NCBI GenBank assembly: GCA_963737635.1
Contig: CAVTTL010000001.1
Coordinates: forward strand, 832,001 to 896,000
Length of the DNA: 64,000 nucleotides
Reading direction: 5' to 3'
Source: an uncultured Methanoregulaceae archaeon
Lineage (GTDB): Archaea > Halobacteriota > Methanomicrobia > Methanomicrobiales > Methanospirillaceae
Of the stretch, positions 32,052 to 42,467 are shown piece after piece (within the stretch, counting starts at the first letter, position 1; the number at the start of each line of letters is the position of its first letter). The position numbers and the translations under genes are program-made. A model generated the notes under the pieces. That model was not told where the DNA came from and made no database searches. It worked only from the letters and a program-made list of their open reading frames with translations.

Positions 32052-33083
32052 ATGATCAAGGTTGCCATCAATGGGTATGGTACCATCGGGAAGCGCGTTG
32101 CCGATGCAGTTGCCGCCCAGAAGGATATGAAAGTGATCGGCGTTTCAAAAACCCACCCGAACGCCGAGGCCTTCATTGCCAAACAGCGAGGATATCCCCT
32201 CTACATCGCAGATATGTCAAAGAAAGCGGCATTTGAAAAAGCAGGCCTCATCGTCGCCGGTTCGGTGGAAGAGATGTGTACAGCAGCCGACGTGATTGTA
32301 GATGCAACCCCCGGCGATGTGGGTGCGACCAACAAGCCACTCTATGAAAAACTCGGAAAAAAAGCGATCTGGCAGGGGGGCGAAGATCACGAGGTGGCCG
32401 GGTTTTCGTTTAATTCGTCTTGTAACTTTGCGGATGCGATCGGTCGCCAGTTTGTCCGGGTCGTGTCCTGCAACACCACCGGACTCTGCCGGATCATCCA
32501 TGAGGTTGACAAAGAGTTCGGTGTAGCCCATGTCCATGCGATCATGGTCCGGCGGGGATCTGATCCCGGCGAGATTAAAAAAGGACCCATCGATGCCGTG
32601 GTGCTCGATCCGGTGACGGTTCCAAGCCACCACGGCCCTGATGTTCAGACCGTACTTCCCCATATTTCTATAACCACGATGGCCATGATTGTCCCGACGA
32701 CCATGATGCATATGCATGCTGTCCGGATCACGACAAAAAAAGAAGTGAACCGGGAAAGAGTCAGCGAGCTCATCAGGAATCATCCCCGTATGGGCCTCGT
32801 TAAAAAGACTGCAGCAATCAAGAGTACTGCAGAGCTCAAGGAGTTTGCCCTGGATCTCGGCCGCCAAAGGGCGGATCTCTATGAAAACTGCATCTTCGAT
32901 GAATCAATCTACGCAAATAAAAACGAGCTCTGTTTTTTCCAAGCCATTCATCAGGAAGCGGATGTTGTTGTTGAAAATGTAGATGCAATCCGGGCGATGA
33001 CCGGACTCGCAAGGGATGCAGCAACGTCCATAAAACTTACTAACGACGCACTCGGGTTTACCCCCATCCAGAACAACCATTAA
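32052..33083 (+). CDS. gap: Archaeal type II glyceraldehyde-3-phosphate dehydrogenase
   Basis: VAINGYGTIGKRVADA, WQGGE, VVSCNTT, SHHGPDV and ENVDAIRA. Confidence 0.95.
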   Translation: MIKVAINGYGTIGKRVADAVAAQKDMKVIGVSKTHPNAEAFIAKQRGYPLYIADMSKKAAFEKAGLIVAGSVEEMCTAADVIVDATPGDVGATNKPLYEKLGKKAIWQGGEDHEVAGFSFNSSCNFADAIGRQFVRVVSCNTTGLCRIIHEVDKEFGVAHVHAIMVRRGSDPGEIKKGPIDAVVLDPVTVPSHHGPDVQTVLPHISITTMAMIVPTTMMHMHAVRITTKKEVNRERVSELIRNHPRMGLVKKTAAIKSTAELKEFALDLGRQRADLYENCIFDESIYANKNELCFFQAIHQEADVVVENVDAIRAMTGLARDAATSIKLTNDALGFTPIQNNH

Positions 33084-33109
33084 CTCTCTTAATAACCTAT
33101 CAATTTTCA

Positions 33110-34051
33110 ATGGATGCATTCGAACGGGTTACCCGGAACACCGTTGAAATTGTAACTGAGGATGAACTCCGTGCTCTTCTTACCAGATCCGCTAAGAGAG
33201 TGTATGCAGGGTACGAGCCGAGCGGCGAGATCCACCTCGGCCACCTTGTAACCGTAAATAAGCTTGTCGATCTCCAAGCCGCCGGATTTGAAGTCACGGT
33301 TCTCCTCGCTGACCTGCATGCGTTCCTCAACCGGAAAGGAACCATGGAAAAGGTGGGGGAGCTCGCCGAATACAACCGCCGCTGCTTTGAGGGGCTCGGC
33401 CTCAAGAATGTGAAATACGTACTTGGTTCCGATCTTCAGCTCGACAGGGAATACGAACTGCTCGTGCACCAGCTCTCCCAGCAGATCACCCTTGCCCGGG
33501 CGACCCGGAGCATGGACGAGGTCGGCCGGCAGATGGACCATCCGACGGTCTCGCAGATGATCTACCCGATCATGCAGATGGCCGATATCGCGATGCTGGG
33601 CGTTGATGCAGCAGTGGGCGGAATCGACCAGAGAAAAATCCACATGCTCGCCCGGGAGCACCTGCCAAATTTCAAATTCCCCTCGCCGGTCTGTATCCAT
33701 ACGCCTATCTTAAATGGCCTTGATGGCAAGAAGATGTCCTCCTCGCAGGGAAACTATATCTCCGTCGCCGATAGCGAGGACGAGATCCGGAAAAAATGCC
33801 TGAAGGCATTCTGCCCCCCGGAGATAGCTGAGAACCCGGTTCTCCAGATCTTCCAGTTCCACATCTTCTCCCGCCTGCCAGAAATTACTCTGAAACGACC
33901 GGAAAAATTCGGCGGTGACCGGACCTTTACCGGGTACGCGGAGCTTGAAACTGCCTATTACAAAGGGGAAATTCATCCGCTCGATCTCAAGAAGGCCTGC
34001 GGCGAGGGGCTCGTCGAGATCCTTGCCCCGGTGCGCGACTATATACGGTGA
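33110..34051 (+). CDS. tyrS: Tyrosine--tRNA ligase
   Basis: YAGYEPSGEIHLGH, YPIMQ, GGIDQRK, KMSSS and HPLDLK. Confidence 0.95.
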   Translation: MDAFERVTRNTVEIVTEDELRALLTRSAKRVYAGYEPSGEIHLGHLVTVNKLVDLQAAGFEVTVLLADLHAFLNRKGTMEKVGELAEYNRRCFEGLGLKNVKYVLGSDLQLDREYELLVHQLSQQITLARATRSMDEVGRQMDHPTVSQMIYPIMQMADIAMLGVDAAVGGIDQRKIHMLAREHLPNFKFPSPVCIHTPILNGLDGKKMSSSQGNYISVADSEDEIRKKCLKAFCPPEIAENPVLQIFQFHIFSRLPEITLKRPEKFGGDRTFTGYAELETAYYKGEIHPLDLKKACGEGLVEILAPVRDYIR

Positions 34052-34092
34052 ACGCAAAAAGATACCTTCAGGTACGAGTCAGGAGACTGCCT

Positions 34093-34872
34093 GTGAGCTT
34101 CGAAAAAGAGGAAGACGCATTTGACCAGCGCCTCGCTGAAATGGGTATCCGCATCAAAGACGCGGACAATTTCAAGGTCAGCGAGAATGTTTTTGACGAG
34201 GTCACACTCCTTGCATTGTACAAGCTCGTCCATAAAAAATGGCTCACGGCAATCGGCGGCTCGATCAGTACCGGCAAAGAGGCCAATGTATTTTACGGGG
34301 ATCGGGGAGATACAGCGATCGCAATAAAGATTTACCGGATCCAGTCAGCAAATTTCACAACCATGAGCTCGTATATTACCGGAGACCGGCGGTTCTCCCA
34401 CGTTAAAAAGTCCAGAAAGGAGCTTATCTTTGCCTGGACAAAAAAAGAGTTCTCCAATCTTATGAGGGCACGGGAGGCAGGTCTTCCTGTTCCTGAGCCG
34501 CTGGTGTGGGACAGGAATATTCTCATCATGTCCTTTCTGGGGGATGACCAAGTTCCCTACCCCCAACTGAGGACAGTTGAGATCGAACAACCGGATCGCG
34601 TCTATAAGGACATCATCGCTATGATTGAAACGCTGTACTCCAAAGCAGAACTAGTTCATGGTGACTTAAGCGAGTTTAATATATTATATCATGACCACCC
34701 ATATCTCATCGATATGGGCCAGTCCGTTACCCGCGATCACCCTCGTGCCCTCCAGTTCCTTATGCGGGACATTCGTAATGTGAACAGGTTCTTTAAAAAG
34801 AAAGGTTGCTCCGTAAAATCGGAGTATGAAATTTTCAACAAAGTGACCGGCCTCAACGTTGCCAAACCATGA
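34093..34872 (+). CDS. rio1: RIO1 family serine/threonine kinase
   Basis: ISTGKEANV, AIKIYR, WTKKEFSNL, LVHGDLSEFN and IDMGQ; GTG start after AGGAG. Confidence 0.92.
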   Translation: MSFEKEEDAFDQRLAEMGIRIKDADNFKVSENVFDEVTLLALYKLVHKKWLTAIGGSISTGKEANVFYGDRGDTAIAIKIYRIQSANFTTMSSYITGDRRFSHVKKSRKELIFAWTKKEFSNLMRAREAGLPVPEPLVWDRNILIMSFLGDDQVPYPQLRTVEIEQPDRVYKDIIAMIETLYSKAELVHGDLSEFNILYHDHPYLIDMGQSVTRDHPRALQFLMRDIRNVNRFFKKKGCSVKSEYEIFNKVTGLNVAKP

Positions 34873-34927
34873 AATACACAGAATGTGATAAACGGCCGAT
34901 GCTGATTTCCAGAAAGGTGAATGAACC

Positions 34928-35473
34928 ATGATACAAGAACTAAAAGTTGCAACAAGCAGAGTAGGCGTACTGATTGGGAAAGGCGGGGCAACGAAAAAAG
35001 AACTCGAATCAAAGACCTCTACAACAATCTCCATTGACAGCAAGGAGGGTCTGGTGAAAGTAGAGGGGGCAGATGAGAATGCTATTCCGCTTCTCAGGGC
35101 CGTGGAAATTATCAACGCCATAAATGCCGGATTCTCTCCTGAGCGTGCCTTTGAGATGATCGAAGACGAGGATCTCCTCCTCGACATTATCGATCTTTCC
35201 CGTGCGGCGGACAATCCACGGCAACTCGACCGGCTCCGAGGTCGAATTATCGGGAAAGACGGCCGTGCCCGCGAGCAGATCGAGAACATGACTGATGTGG
35301 ACATCTCGGTCTTTGGACACACGGTGGCCCTCATCGGGTACCCCGAGCCGATGAAGATCGCCCGGGCAGCGATCGACATGCTCATCGAAGGCGTCCCTCA
35401 TGAAAATGTCTTTGCATTCCTAGACAAGAAGAAGAAAGAGGCTAAGAAGGATATGATCAGTTATTATTACTGA
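34928..35473 (+). CDS. KH-domain rRNA processing protein (Dim2/Pno1)
   Basis: VLIGKGG, GFSPERA and GRIIGKDG; follows rio1. Confidence 0.9.
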   Translation: MIQELKVATSRVGVLIGKGGATKKELESKTSTTISIDSKEGLVKVEGADENAIPLLRAVEIINAINAGFSPERAFEMIEDEDLLLDIIDLSRAADNPRQLDRLRGRIIGKDGRAREQIENMTDVDISVFGHTVALIGYPEPMKIARAAIDMLIEGVPHENVFAFLDKKKKEAKKDMISYYY

Positions 35474-35620
35474 TCTCTTCGTTTTATCCCCGTTCCAGCT
35501 GTCCATTTTATGGCAGATTTTGTTGTATAGGATAACAATAAATGGCATCCCGGCAATCAATGTCCCGTACTACTCAAGGAAAATCTACAATCTTAACCCG
35601 ACCAAAGAGAGAGGCGTGTA

Positions 35621-37791
35621 ATGCAAGTACAGGATCTCTCCATACCTGATTCCCTTAAGCACCAGTACTTTGCATCAGGAATCAAAGATCTTTATCCGCC
35701 TCAGGCAGCGTGCATCGAAAAAGGATTGCTCGACGGTAAAAACCTCCTGGTCGCAATTCCGACAGCCAGTGGGAAAACGCTCATCGCAGAGATGGCGATG
35801 CACCGCCATATAGCCGCAGGCGGAAAATGCCTGTACATCGTCCCGCTTAAGGCACTTGCATCGGAAAAGTACGAAGAGTTCGGCGGGAAAGAGGTAAAGG
35901 TCGGAATCTCTACGGGTGACCTCGACCACCGGGACGACGCCCTTGGCAGGAACGATATTATTGTTGCCACAAGTGAGAAGGTGGACTCCCTTCTCAGGAA
36001 CGCTGCACGATGGATAGAAGAGATCACACTCCTCGTCGTGGATGAAGTACACCTGATCGATTCACCGGACCGGGGGCCGACCCTTGAGATGGTAATCGCA
36101 AAGATGCGATACCGGAACCCGGCCATGCAGATTATCGGGCTTTCGGCAACCATCGGTAACCCTAAAGTACTTGCAGGATGGCTTGACGCAGAGCTGGTCA
36201 CCAGCTCGTGGCGGCCGGTGGATCTGCGCCAAGGCGTCTTTTACAATAACCGGATCCGGTTTGCCGAGGGGGAGGCGCGGGAAGTCCGGCAGGTTTCAAA
36301 GAATTACGATGATCTCAACCTTTGTATGGACACTATAGCCGAGGGAGGACAATGCCTGGTCTTTGTTTCATCGCGCCGCAATGCCGAAGCATTTGCGAAA
36401 CGGGCAGCGGCGGCAATCAAGAGCGAGGACCCGGGGCTTGCCGTGTATGCTGACCGCCTTCTTGCCGGGGTCCCAACTGAGATGGTAAAGACTCTTGCCA
36501 CATGTGTAGCTAAAGGGACCGCGTTCCACCATGCCGGCCTAAGCCGGAAAGAGCGATCTGTTGTTGAGGAAGCTTTCAGGAAAGGCCGGATCAAGTGCAT
36601 CTCTTCGACGCCGACCTTGGCAGCAGGATTGAATCTTCCAGCCCGAAGGGTTGTGATCCGCGATTATCTCAGATTTTCCGCAGGTGAGGGGATGCAGCCG
36701 ATACCGGTCAGCGAGGACCCGGCAGATGGCAGGACGGGCCGGCAGACCACGGCTTGATCCGTACGGTGAGGCCGTGCTGATCGCAAAAGAGGCTGAGCAA
36801 GTGCCCGAGCTATTCGCATGCTATATAGAGGCCGCAGCCGAGGACGTCAACTCACAACTGGCCGAACCGACCGCACTCTATACGCACGTTCTTTCCCTTG
36901 TAGCCTCAGGTTTTGCTCAGACAAGAGAGGAATTGTCAGGTTTCATGAACCGTTCGTATTACGTCCATGAGCACCGGCAGGGCCGACTTATGCACCGTGC
37001 CGTGGATGCTGCTCTCGAATTTTTGATTGGCGCAGAAATGATCATTGAAATCGGTGAACATCTAGGAGCCTCCGAACTAGGCACCCTTGTTTCACGGATG
37101 TATATTGATCCCCGGAGCGCGTCTCTGATCGTGACAACTCTTCGCGAAAGGTCGGAATATGCGGATGTCGGCCTTCTCCAGCTCGTCTGCAGCACGCCCG
37201 ACATGCCAACGCTCTATGCAAGAAATTCAGATCTCCCCGCGCTCTCCCGTATGATCGACCAGAAAGAAGGCGATCTCTGGCTCCCGTTCCCTACCGATGA
37301 CGATGAGGCTGAATGTTTTTACCGGGCAGTGAAGACTGCTATGCTTCTCTCCGATTGGACCGACGAACTCGCGGAAGAGAAAATCTGCGAACGCTATGCC
37401 GTGGGGCCGGGTGATGTGTACGGGATGGTTGAAAATATCAATTGGCTACTCCACGCAACGTCACAGCTTGCCAGGATGTTTGCCCCACAATTTCACCCGC
37501 AAATTGCCGAGTATGAGATCTGCATGAAAAACGGGATCCGGCGTGAGCTGCTTCCGCTGATCCGCTCCGGGGAATCGGACGAGTCCGTGCCCGCCGTCTT
37601 TTCAATAACGGTATTACATCGCCGGAAGAAATGCTCCGGACAAAAAAGAGGATCTTGTGAAGATTCTGGGCGCCGGCATCGCGGAACAGGTTCTTGAACA
37701 ACTACAACCAAAGAGAAGAGATGCGAATGAGGGGGCGCGAACGGGAGGGGACGCACCTGCTGGCCAGTCCACCCTCTTGCACTTCGGGTGA
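35621..37791 (+). CDS. hel308: Ski2-like helicase Hel308 (apparent frameshifts near 36717, 37563 and 37643)
   Basis: [38 protein letters not shown] and reconstructed Hh[13 protein letters not shown]. Confidence 0.92.
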
Positions 37792-37794
37792 GAG

Positions 37795-38318
37795 ATGAGC
37801 GAATCGGAAATCCCCTGTCAAATCCGGTATGCAACCGTGATGGTCCACGACATATCTGCCTTGCTCAGTGAGTTCCGGGCAACAGCCGAACGATGCGGTT
37901 CACGCATTATCTGTTTTGATGCGGAAAAGTCTTGCTGGCCGGGCCCATGTGGTTGCAGCCCTCATGCATGCCACTCGTTCCTTTTCCTCAGGCAACGCAA
38001 TTTCAAACTCTTTTGAGATGGAGGCCCTGCTTTATGCTGCAGGGACCCGGCAATGTAGTGCAGCAGTTGCTTTTGGTCTTCATGCAGGGGAAAACCATTT
38101 GTATGTCTGCTGCTGCCCGGCGCGGAATGATCTCTGGATCGCATTAGCCCCACTTCTGCATTTTTGTGATGATCCGGGTGATTGCATCACTACGGATAAA
38201 GCAACCAGGCTCGCAAATTTGTTCGGGATTTCACCGTTGGAGTTAGAAGCTGACCGGTAGAGATCGCATCCGTGATTTGGTACTCGAGAGAGTTGCGTTG
38301 CTGGATGTGAGCAAATAA
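37795..38318 (+). CDS. cgi121: KEOPS complex subunit Cgi121 (apparent frameshifts near 37930 and 38252)
   Basis: ICFDAEK(L)AGRAHV..A, NSFEMEALLYAAGTRQC and reconstructed C-terminus DLVLERVALLDV. Confidence 0.82.
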
Positions 38319-38324
38319 ACAAGA

Positions 38325-38813
38325 TCATTTATTTGCGTGGGTAAGGATATGAAAAATCTCAGGAACAATAAGATTTTTTGTCGCTAGCGTGACGGCAGCA
38401 GTTGATCCGGGGATGCAAAACACTGCGTTTCCATGAATTGTTCCGGCAATTGCCCGGGAGAGCATTGAGGAGGTTCCAATCTCCTCAAAACTTTTCATCC
38501 GGAACAGTTCTCCAAAACCATCGATTTTCTTTTCAAGAAGGGGGGCTATTGCTTCTATAGTACAATCATCGTGGGTCAGGCCAGTACCACCATTGAGGAT
38601 AATACAATTACAGTTTTTAAGGGCCAGAAACAGTTCGGATCGGATGGCTTCGATCTGATCAGGAACTACCTCATAATGTCGGATTGGAATTCCTGCACCA
38701 GTAAGGATTTCCTGAATAGCCTTTCCGCTGGTGTCCGTCTCCTTGTTCCGGGTTGTGGAAACGGTTACTATCCCTGCAATTACAGACCGGCACTGGACGT
38801 GTTCCTGCTTCAT
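38325..38813 (-). CDS. moaB: Molybdopterin adenylyltransferase MoaB/Mog
   Basis: VTVS..DTSG, VVPD, GGTGLTHDDCT, GFGELFR, SRAIAG and CIPGS. Confidence 0.9.
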   Translation of the reverse strand: MKQEHVQCRSVIAGIVTVSTTRNKETDTSGKAIQEILTGAGIPIRHYEVVPDQIEAIRSELFLALKNCNCIILNGGTGLTHDDCTIEAIAPLLEKKIDGFGELFRMKSFEEIGTSSMLSRAIAGTIHGNAVFCIPGSTAAVTLATKNLIVPEIFHILTHANK

Positions 38814-38874
38814 ACTAATAACTACTGTTTTTCACCTTAAATGAAATATACGATTACCGATTTCTATTCTTTTG

Positions 38875-38893
38875 GGCTCTCTGTAGAAAACCT
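38875..38893 (+). repeat. Orphan IS5-like terminal inverted repeat
   Basis: GGCTCTCTGTAGAAAACCT resembles the intact IS end GGCTCTGTAGAAATCCT. Confidence 0.55.
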
Positions 38894-38981
38894 ATTTTTT
38901 GCCGACAATCGACACGGCAACCCCTATGACGCTATGGAGAAATTTGTTTTTGAGTGATCTCTGATGGCTTCGAGTCGGTAA

Positions 38982-40187
38982 TTATCTACTTTTTTTAGGA
39001 GATTTTTTAGGAAATATGTTATCAAATATAGGGTCGTCCAATTTCATCGCTCGCCATAACAGCAATCCATACCCAAGAAAAAGGAGACTAAAGAACGGTA
39101 ATGCCCATGGTGAGGTATAGTGATCATTTGTATACAGCGTGAAGAACCCAAGTGGAAACTCTATATATCCAAATACCTGTAATCCAACAAATATCAGGAT
39201 CCCCCAGAAATCTGCCGCGATAAGCAATGCTGCAAAGGGTGTGAACCACATGATATACTGGGGAGATCGGTATTGCGAAAAGAATATCGTTGCCATCAAT
39301 GTAATCAGAATTAATTTCAGCATCAAGTTGATCGTCTTTGGCCTTTTATACATCACGTATAATGATCCGAGCACAACTACGACGGTCAGAATCCGGAATG
39401 TAATGGAGATTACTGAGAACGGGATCGCTAGTCCCACGAGATTGAGATACTGGGAAATGGCATATGGAATGGTGTTACAATAAACCTTGTCAGCGTATCC
39501 AAGAAATTGGCTATAGCCTGCCAAGAGCATGAAAGCGAACGCCGCCCCGCCCGCCACCATTAATACGATTGCCCGGTTCTTTCCCTCAGCAATTATTGAA
39601 CTGTTCCGGGAATTATACAACCAAAAAAAAGGGAATAACAGGATTGGCCAGAGCTTGACAAACAAACCTGCAATGCTGGCAAGATATCCTTTGGTTCTAT
39701 CATCATAAACTGTGGCCAATACAGCCAGCATCGCAAGGCATGTTGGGAACGCATCAAACCGTGTGAGGGTGAAATAAGCCACCGACAGTGCAGTTGCATT
39801 CAGCATCGCTGCAACAAATGCCGTTCGTTCAGAATATAATTTCAAACCGATATAGTATACGCATAACGTCGATATTATGTCGAAGGTGATCATAAGCGCC
39901 CACATCGCTATAACAAAATATAGGGTTTCACCTCCTGCAAGTGAGATAACGTATGCAATCATCATCGGCAAAACCGAAAGGGGAGGATAGAGAAAATCTA
40001 CTCCTGACGCCCACGGCAATAATCCATGAAAAACATTTCGCATTGCCAGATAGTAAATATTATAATCATACATGTCAAGGAATGTCTTTAATATAAAAAT
40101 TGTTAAAAATATGACAAAGATTTTTGTAATTATTGATGTCAAAATCAGAATGTTTCTGCGTTTATGATCAATAGCCGGAAGTTGCAT
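38982..40187 (-). CDS. Polytopic GT-C (GT87-like) glycosyltransferase, paralog of 26209-27603
   Basis: DYNIYY..FLYPPL, YYIGLKLYSERTAFVAAML, TRFDAFP and SPQYIMWFTP; visibly AT-richer than neighbours. Confidence 0.72.
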   Translation of the reverse strand: MQLPAIDHKRRNILILTSIITKIFVIFLTIFILKTFLDMYDYNIYYLAMRNVFHGLLPWASGVDFLYPPLSVLPMMIAYVISLAGGETLYFVIAMWALMITFDIISTLCVYYIGLKLYSERTAFVAAMLNATALSVAYFTLTRFDAFPTCLAMLAVLATVYDDRTKGYLASIAGLFVKLWPILLFPFFWLYNSRNSSIIAEGKNRAIVLMVAGGAAFAFMLLAGYSQFLGYADKVYCNTIPYAISQYLNLVGLAIPFSVISITFRILTVVVVLGSLYVMYKRPKTINLMLKLILITLMATIFFSQYRSPQYIMWFTPFAALLIAADFWGILIFVGLQVFGYIEFPLGFFTLYTNDHYTSPWALPFFSLLFLGYGLLLWRAMKLDDPIFDNIFPKKSPKKSR

Positions 40188-40349
40188 ACTACCAAATCAT
40201 AATATAAGAATAAAAGTTTGATGCTTAAAAAAATAAATTTCTTTAGGTGGATCGATAAAATTGCAGAAACTCGTCATATTCGAATATATTATCTCCTAAA
40301 TATAAGGGCAATTTCCTTTTTGCCCGCCCCCATTTGAAATTGGTCTTCT

Positions 40350-40677
40350 TTTCAGAAATACCCAGAATCATTCTAATCCATTCATGTAAGATCCTTCATC
40401 TTGTTGTACTATCGTTCAACATTATCGACTAAAAGGCATCTCTATCTCATGGATAAAGGGTATGCCTCATAAGAATTGCGCTCTCATTCAATAATATTGT
40501 CAGAGGATTGGAGGGGAAATTGTATTTTACGTCCTGAAATGAGGTCTGGAAATTCCTTCAAGACTCGAAAAGTCCGGCTTCAGGGCAGGAAAATCAAATG
40601 CAATGTGATCTTCTACAACATCTCAAGATTCATGTAATTTCTTGCGGTCCGGTTGTAATTGCGGTTTCTACGAGGAC
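40350..40677 (+). pseudogene. Decayed, internally deleted IS5-family transposase 3' remnant with degenerate IR
   Basis: Fragments YLMDKGYAS*, QRIGGEIVFYVLK* and GNSFKTRKVRLQGRKIKCNVIFYNISRF align to the intact transposase. TGATCTTCTACAACATCTC matches the intact IS at 18/19 nt. GCGGTTTCTACGAGGAC resembles the IR. Confidence 0.75.
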
Positions 40678-40705
40678 TTCCATTAGCTTTCATAAAGATA
40701 GGGCT

Positions 40706-41101
40706 ACCCCTTTGTTTCCAGTGGAGATCATTTCCACAATGCGTCAGTAAATGACAACTCTTCTTACATCATTTCGAAATTCAATCTACAAATTTTCATT
40801 TGATATGCTATACTTACCTCTTGAGTCCGGATTGATTTCGGATAACATAAATAGATCTAAAAACAAACTAAATTTGGCTAATTTCTTTTAAAAAAGAATT
40901 CAAATTCATTGAGGTAACTCTTTCAGACTTCCAGTGGAAACAAAGGGGTGTCTGGGTACAATAAAAACAAGTAGCTGTTCACAAAGTTTCCTATTTAAGG
41001 ATGAATAACAAAGAAAAATATAAAATCAGAAATCCTTAAATTTGTTCTTGGATTCACTTTTCTGCCATTTTAAATAGAATTTCCAGTGGAAACAAAGGGG
41101 T
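40706..41101. promoter_or_regulatory. Chromosomal replication origin (oriC): three ORB elements and an AT-rich unwinding region
   Basis: TTCCAGTGGAAACAAAGGGGT at 40929-40949 and 41081-41101, and an inverted copy at 40706-40725; AT-rich tract between the inverted boxes; directly upstream of cdc6. Confidence 0.93.
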
Positions 41102-41168
41102 TTATAAAGGGAATAAATCAAGTACTTTTTTAATCTCTCCCCGCTAAGGATCAGTTCCACGTGTCACC

Positions 41169-42461
41169 ATGCCAGAAACAGTAGATCCATCAACCGGTTT
41201 ATTTATCAAATACCTATCAAACAACCGGATCTTCCGTGATCGGGAGGTACTCCGGCATTCATACCGGCCGCAGATTCTCCCACACCGACAACCACAGATC
41301 GATACTATCGCGTCCATCCTTGCTCCATCCCTAAGGAACGAAACTCCCTCCAATATTCTTATTTATGGGAAAACGGGAACGGGCAAGACCGCAAGCGTCA
41401 GGTATGTCGGTTCAGAGCTGGAGAAAGCCAGCAGCAGTATGGGAACTACCTGCCGGATTGTCCATCTCAATTGCGAAGTGATAGATACGCAATACCGGGT
41501 TCTGGCGCAGATTGCCAAGTGTATTGACGGTGTTGAAGACGCATCAAGCGACAAAACCCGCATCCATATTCCGATGACAGGCTGGCCGACAGATCAGGTT
41601 TATGCGGAGCTGAAAAACCAGCTTGATGCCGGTGGAGGGGTGCTTGTAATCGTACTCGATGAGATCGACAAGCTGGTCAAAAAGAGCGGCGATGACACAC
41701 TCTATAACTTGACTCGGATCAACTCCGATCTCAAAAATTCCAAAGTCAGCATCATAGGCATTTCAAATGATCTCAGTTTCAAAGACTTCCTCGACCCCCG
41801 AGTTCTCTCGTCGCTCTCAGAGGAAGAGATTGTTTTTCCTCCGTACAATGCACCGCAACTGGTGGATATCCTGACCCAACGTGCTACCGGGGCGTTCCTT
41901 GACGGGTCGATTGCGGAAGGAGTGATTCCGTTATGTTCCGCACTTGCTGCGCAGGAGCATGGTGATGCCCGACGTGCCTTGGATCTTCTTCGGATCTCCG
42001 GAGAACTCGCAGACCGTGACGAATCAAAGCAGGTGACCGAGATCCATGTGAAACAGGCTCAGGCAAAAATTGAGACCGACAGCATGATCGAGTGCATTGC
42101 GACACTTCCCACCCAGAGCAAGCTGATTCTCTTCTCCATGCTGACCCTGGAGCAGCTGGGCCAGAATATTTTCACGAGCGGGGAAGTCTCTCGTGTCTAT
42201 CAGGATATTGCGCCGGATATCCAGCTTGATATCCTTACGCACCGCCGGATAACGGATCTGATCTCGGAACTCAACATGCTCGGGGTTATCAATACCCGGG
42301 TTGTGAGCCGGGGCCGGTATGGGCGCACCAAGGAGATGTGGTTCGATGCAAATACCGGTAAAATCCGTGAGGTTGTCCTTAAGGATCCCCGGTTGAACGG
42401 ATTAAAAGATCTCGATATAAATCAGATGGAAGCCAAATGGTTAAAGACGTGGTTCAGGTGA
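41169..42461 (+). CDS. cdc6: ORC1/Cdc6 replication initiator
   Basis: IYGKTGTGKT, VLDEIDKL, IGISND, FPPYNA, HGDARRALDLLR and wHTH SRGRYGRT. Confidence 0.96.
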   Translation: MPETVDPSTGLFIKYLSNNRIFRDREVLRHSYRPQILPHRQPQIDTIASILAPSLRNETPSNILIYGKTGTGKTASVRYVGSELEKASSSMGTTCRIVHLNCEVIDTQYRVLAQIAKCIDGVEDASSDKTRIHIPMTGWPTDQVYAELKNQLDAGGGVLVIVLDEIDKLVKKSGDDTLYNLTRINSDLKNSKVSIIGISNDLSFKDFLDPRVLSSLSEEEIVFPPYNAPQLVDILTQRATGAFLDGSIAEGVIPLCSALAAQEHGDARRALDLLRISGELADRDESKQVTEIHVKQAQAKIETDSMIECIATLPTQSKLILFSMLTLEQLGQNIFTSGEVSRVYQDIAPDIQLDILTHRRITDLISELNMLGVINTRVVSRGRYGRTKEMWFDANTGKIREVVLKDPRLNGLKDLDINQMEAKWLKTWFR

Positions 42462-42467
42462 AGTGTT

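Noticed and set aside
40706-41101. CRISPR array from the 21-bp repeats
   Set aside because: There are only three copies, one inverted, spaced 130-200 bp apart, matching the ORB consensus next to cdc6; no cas genes.
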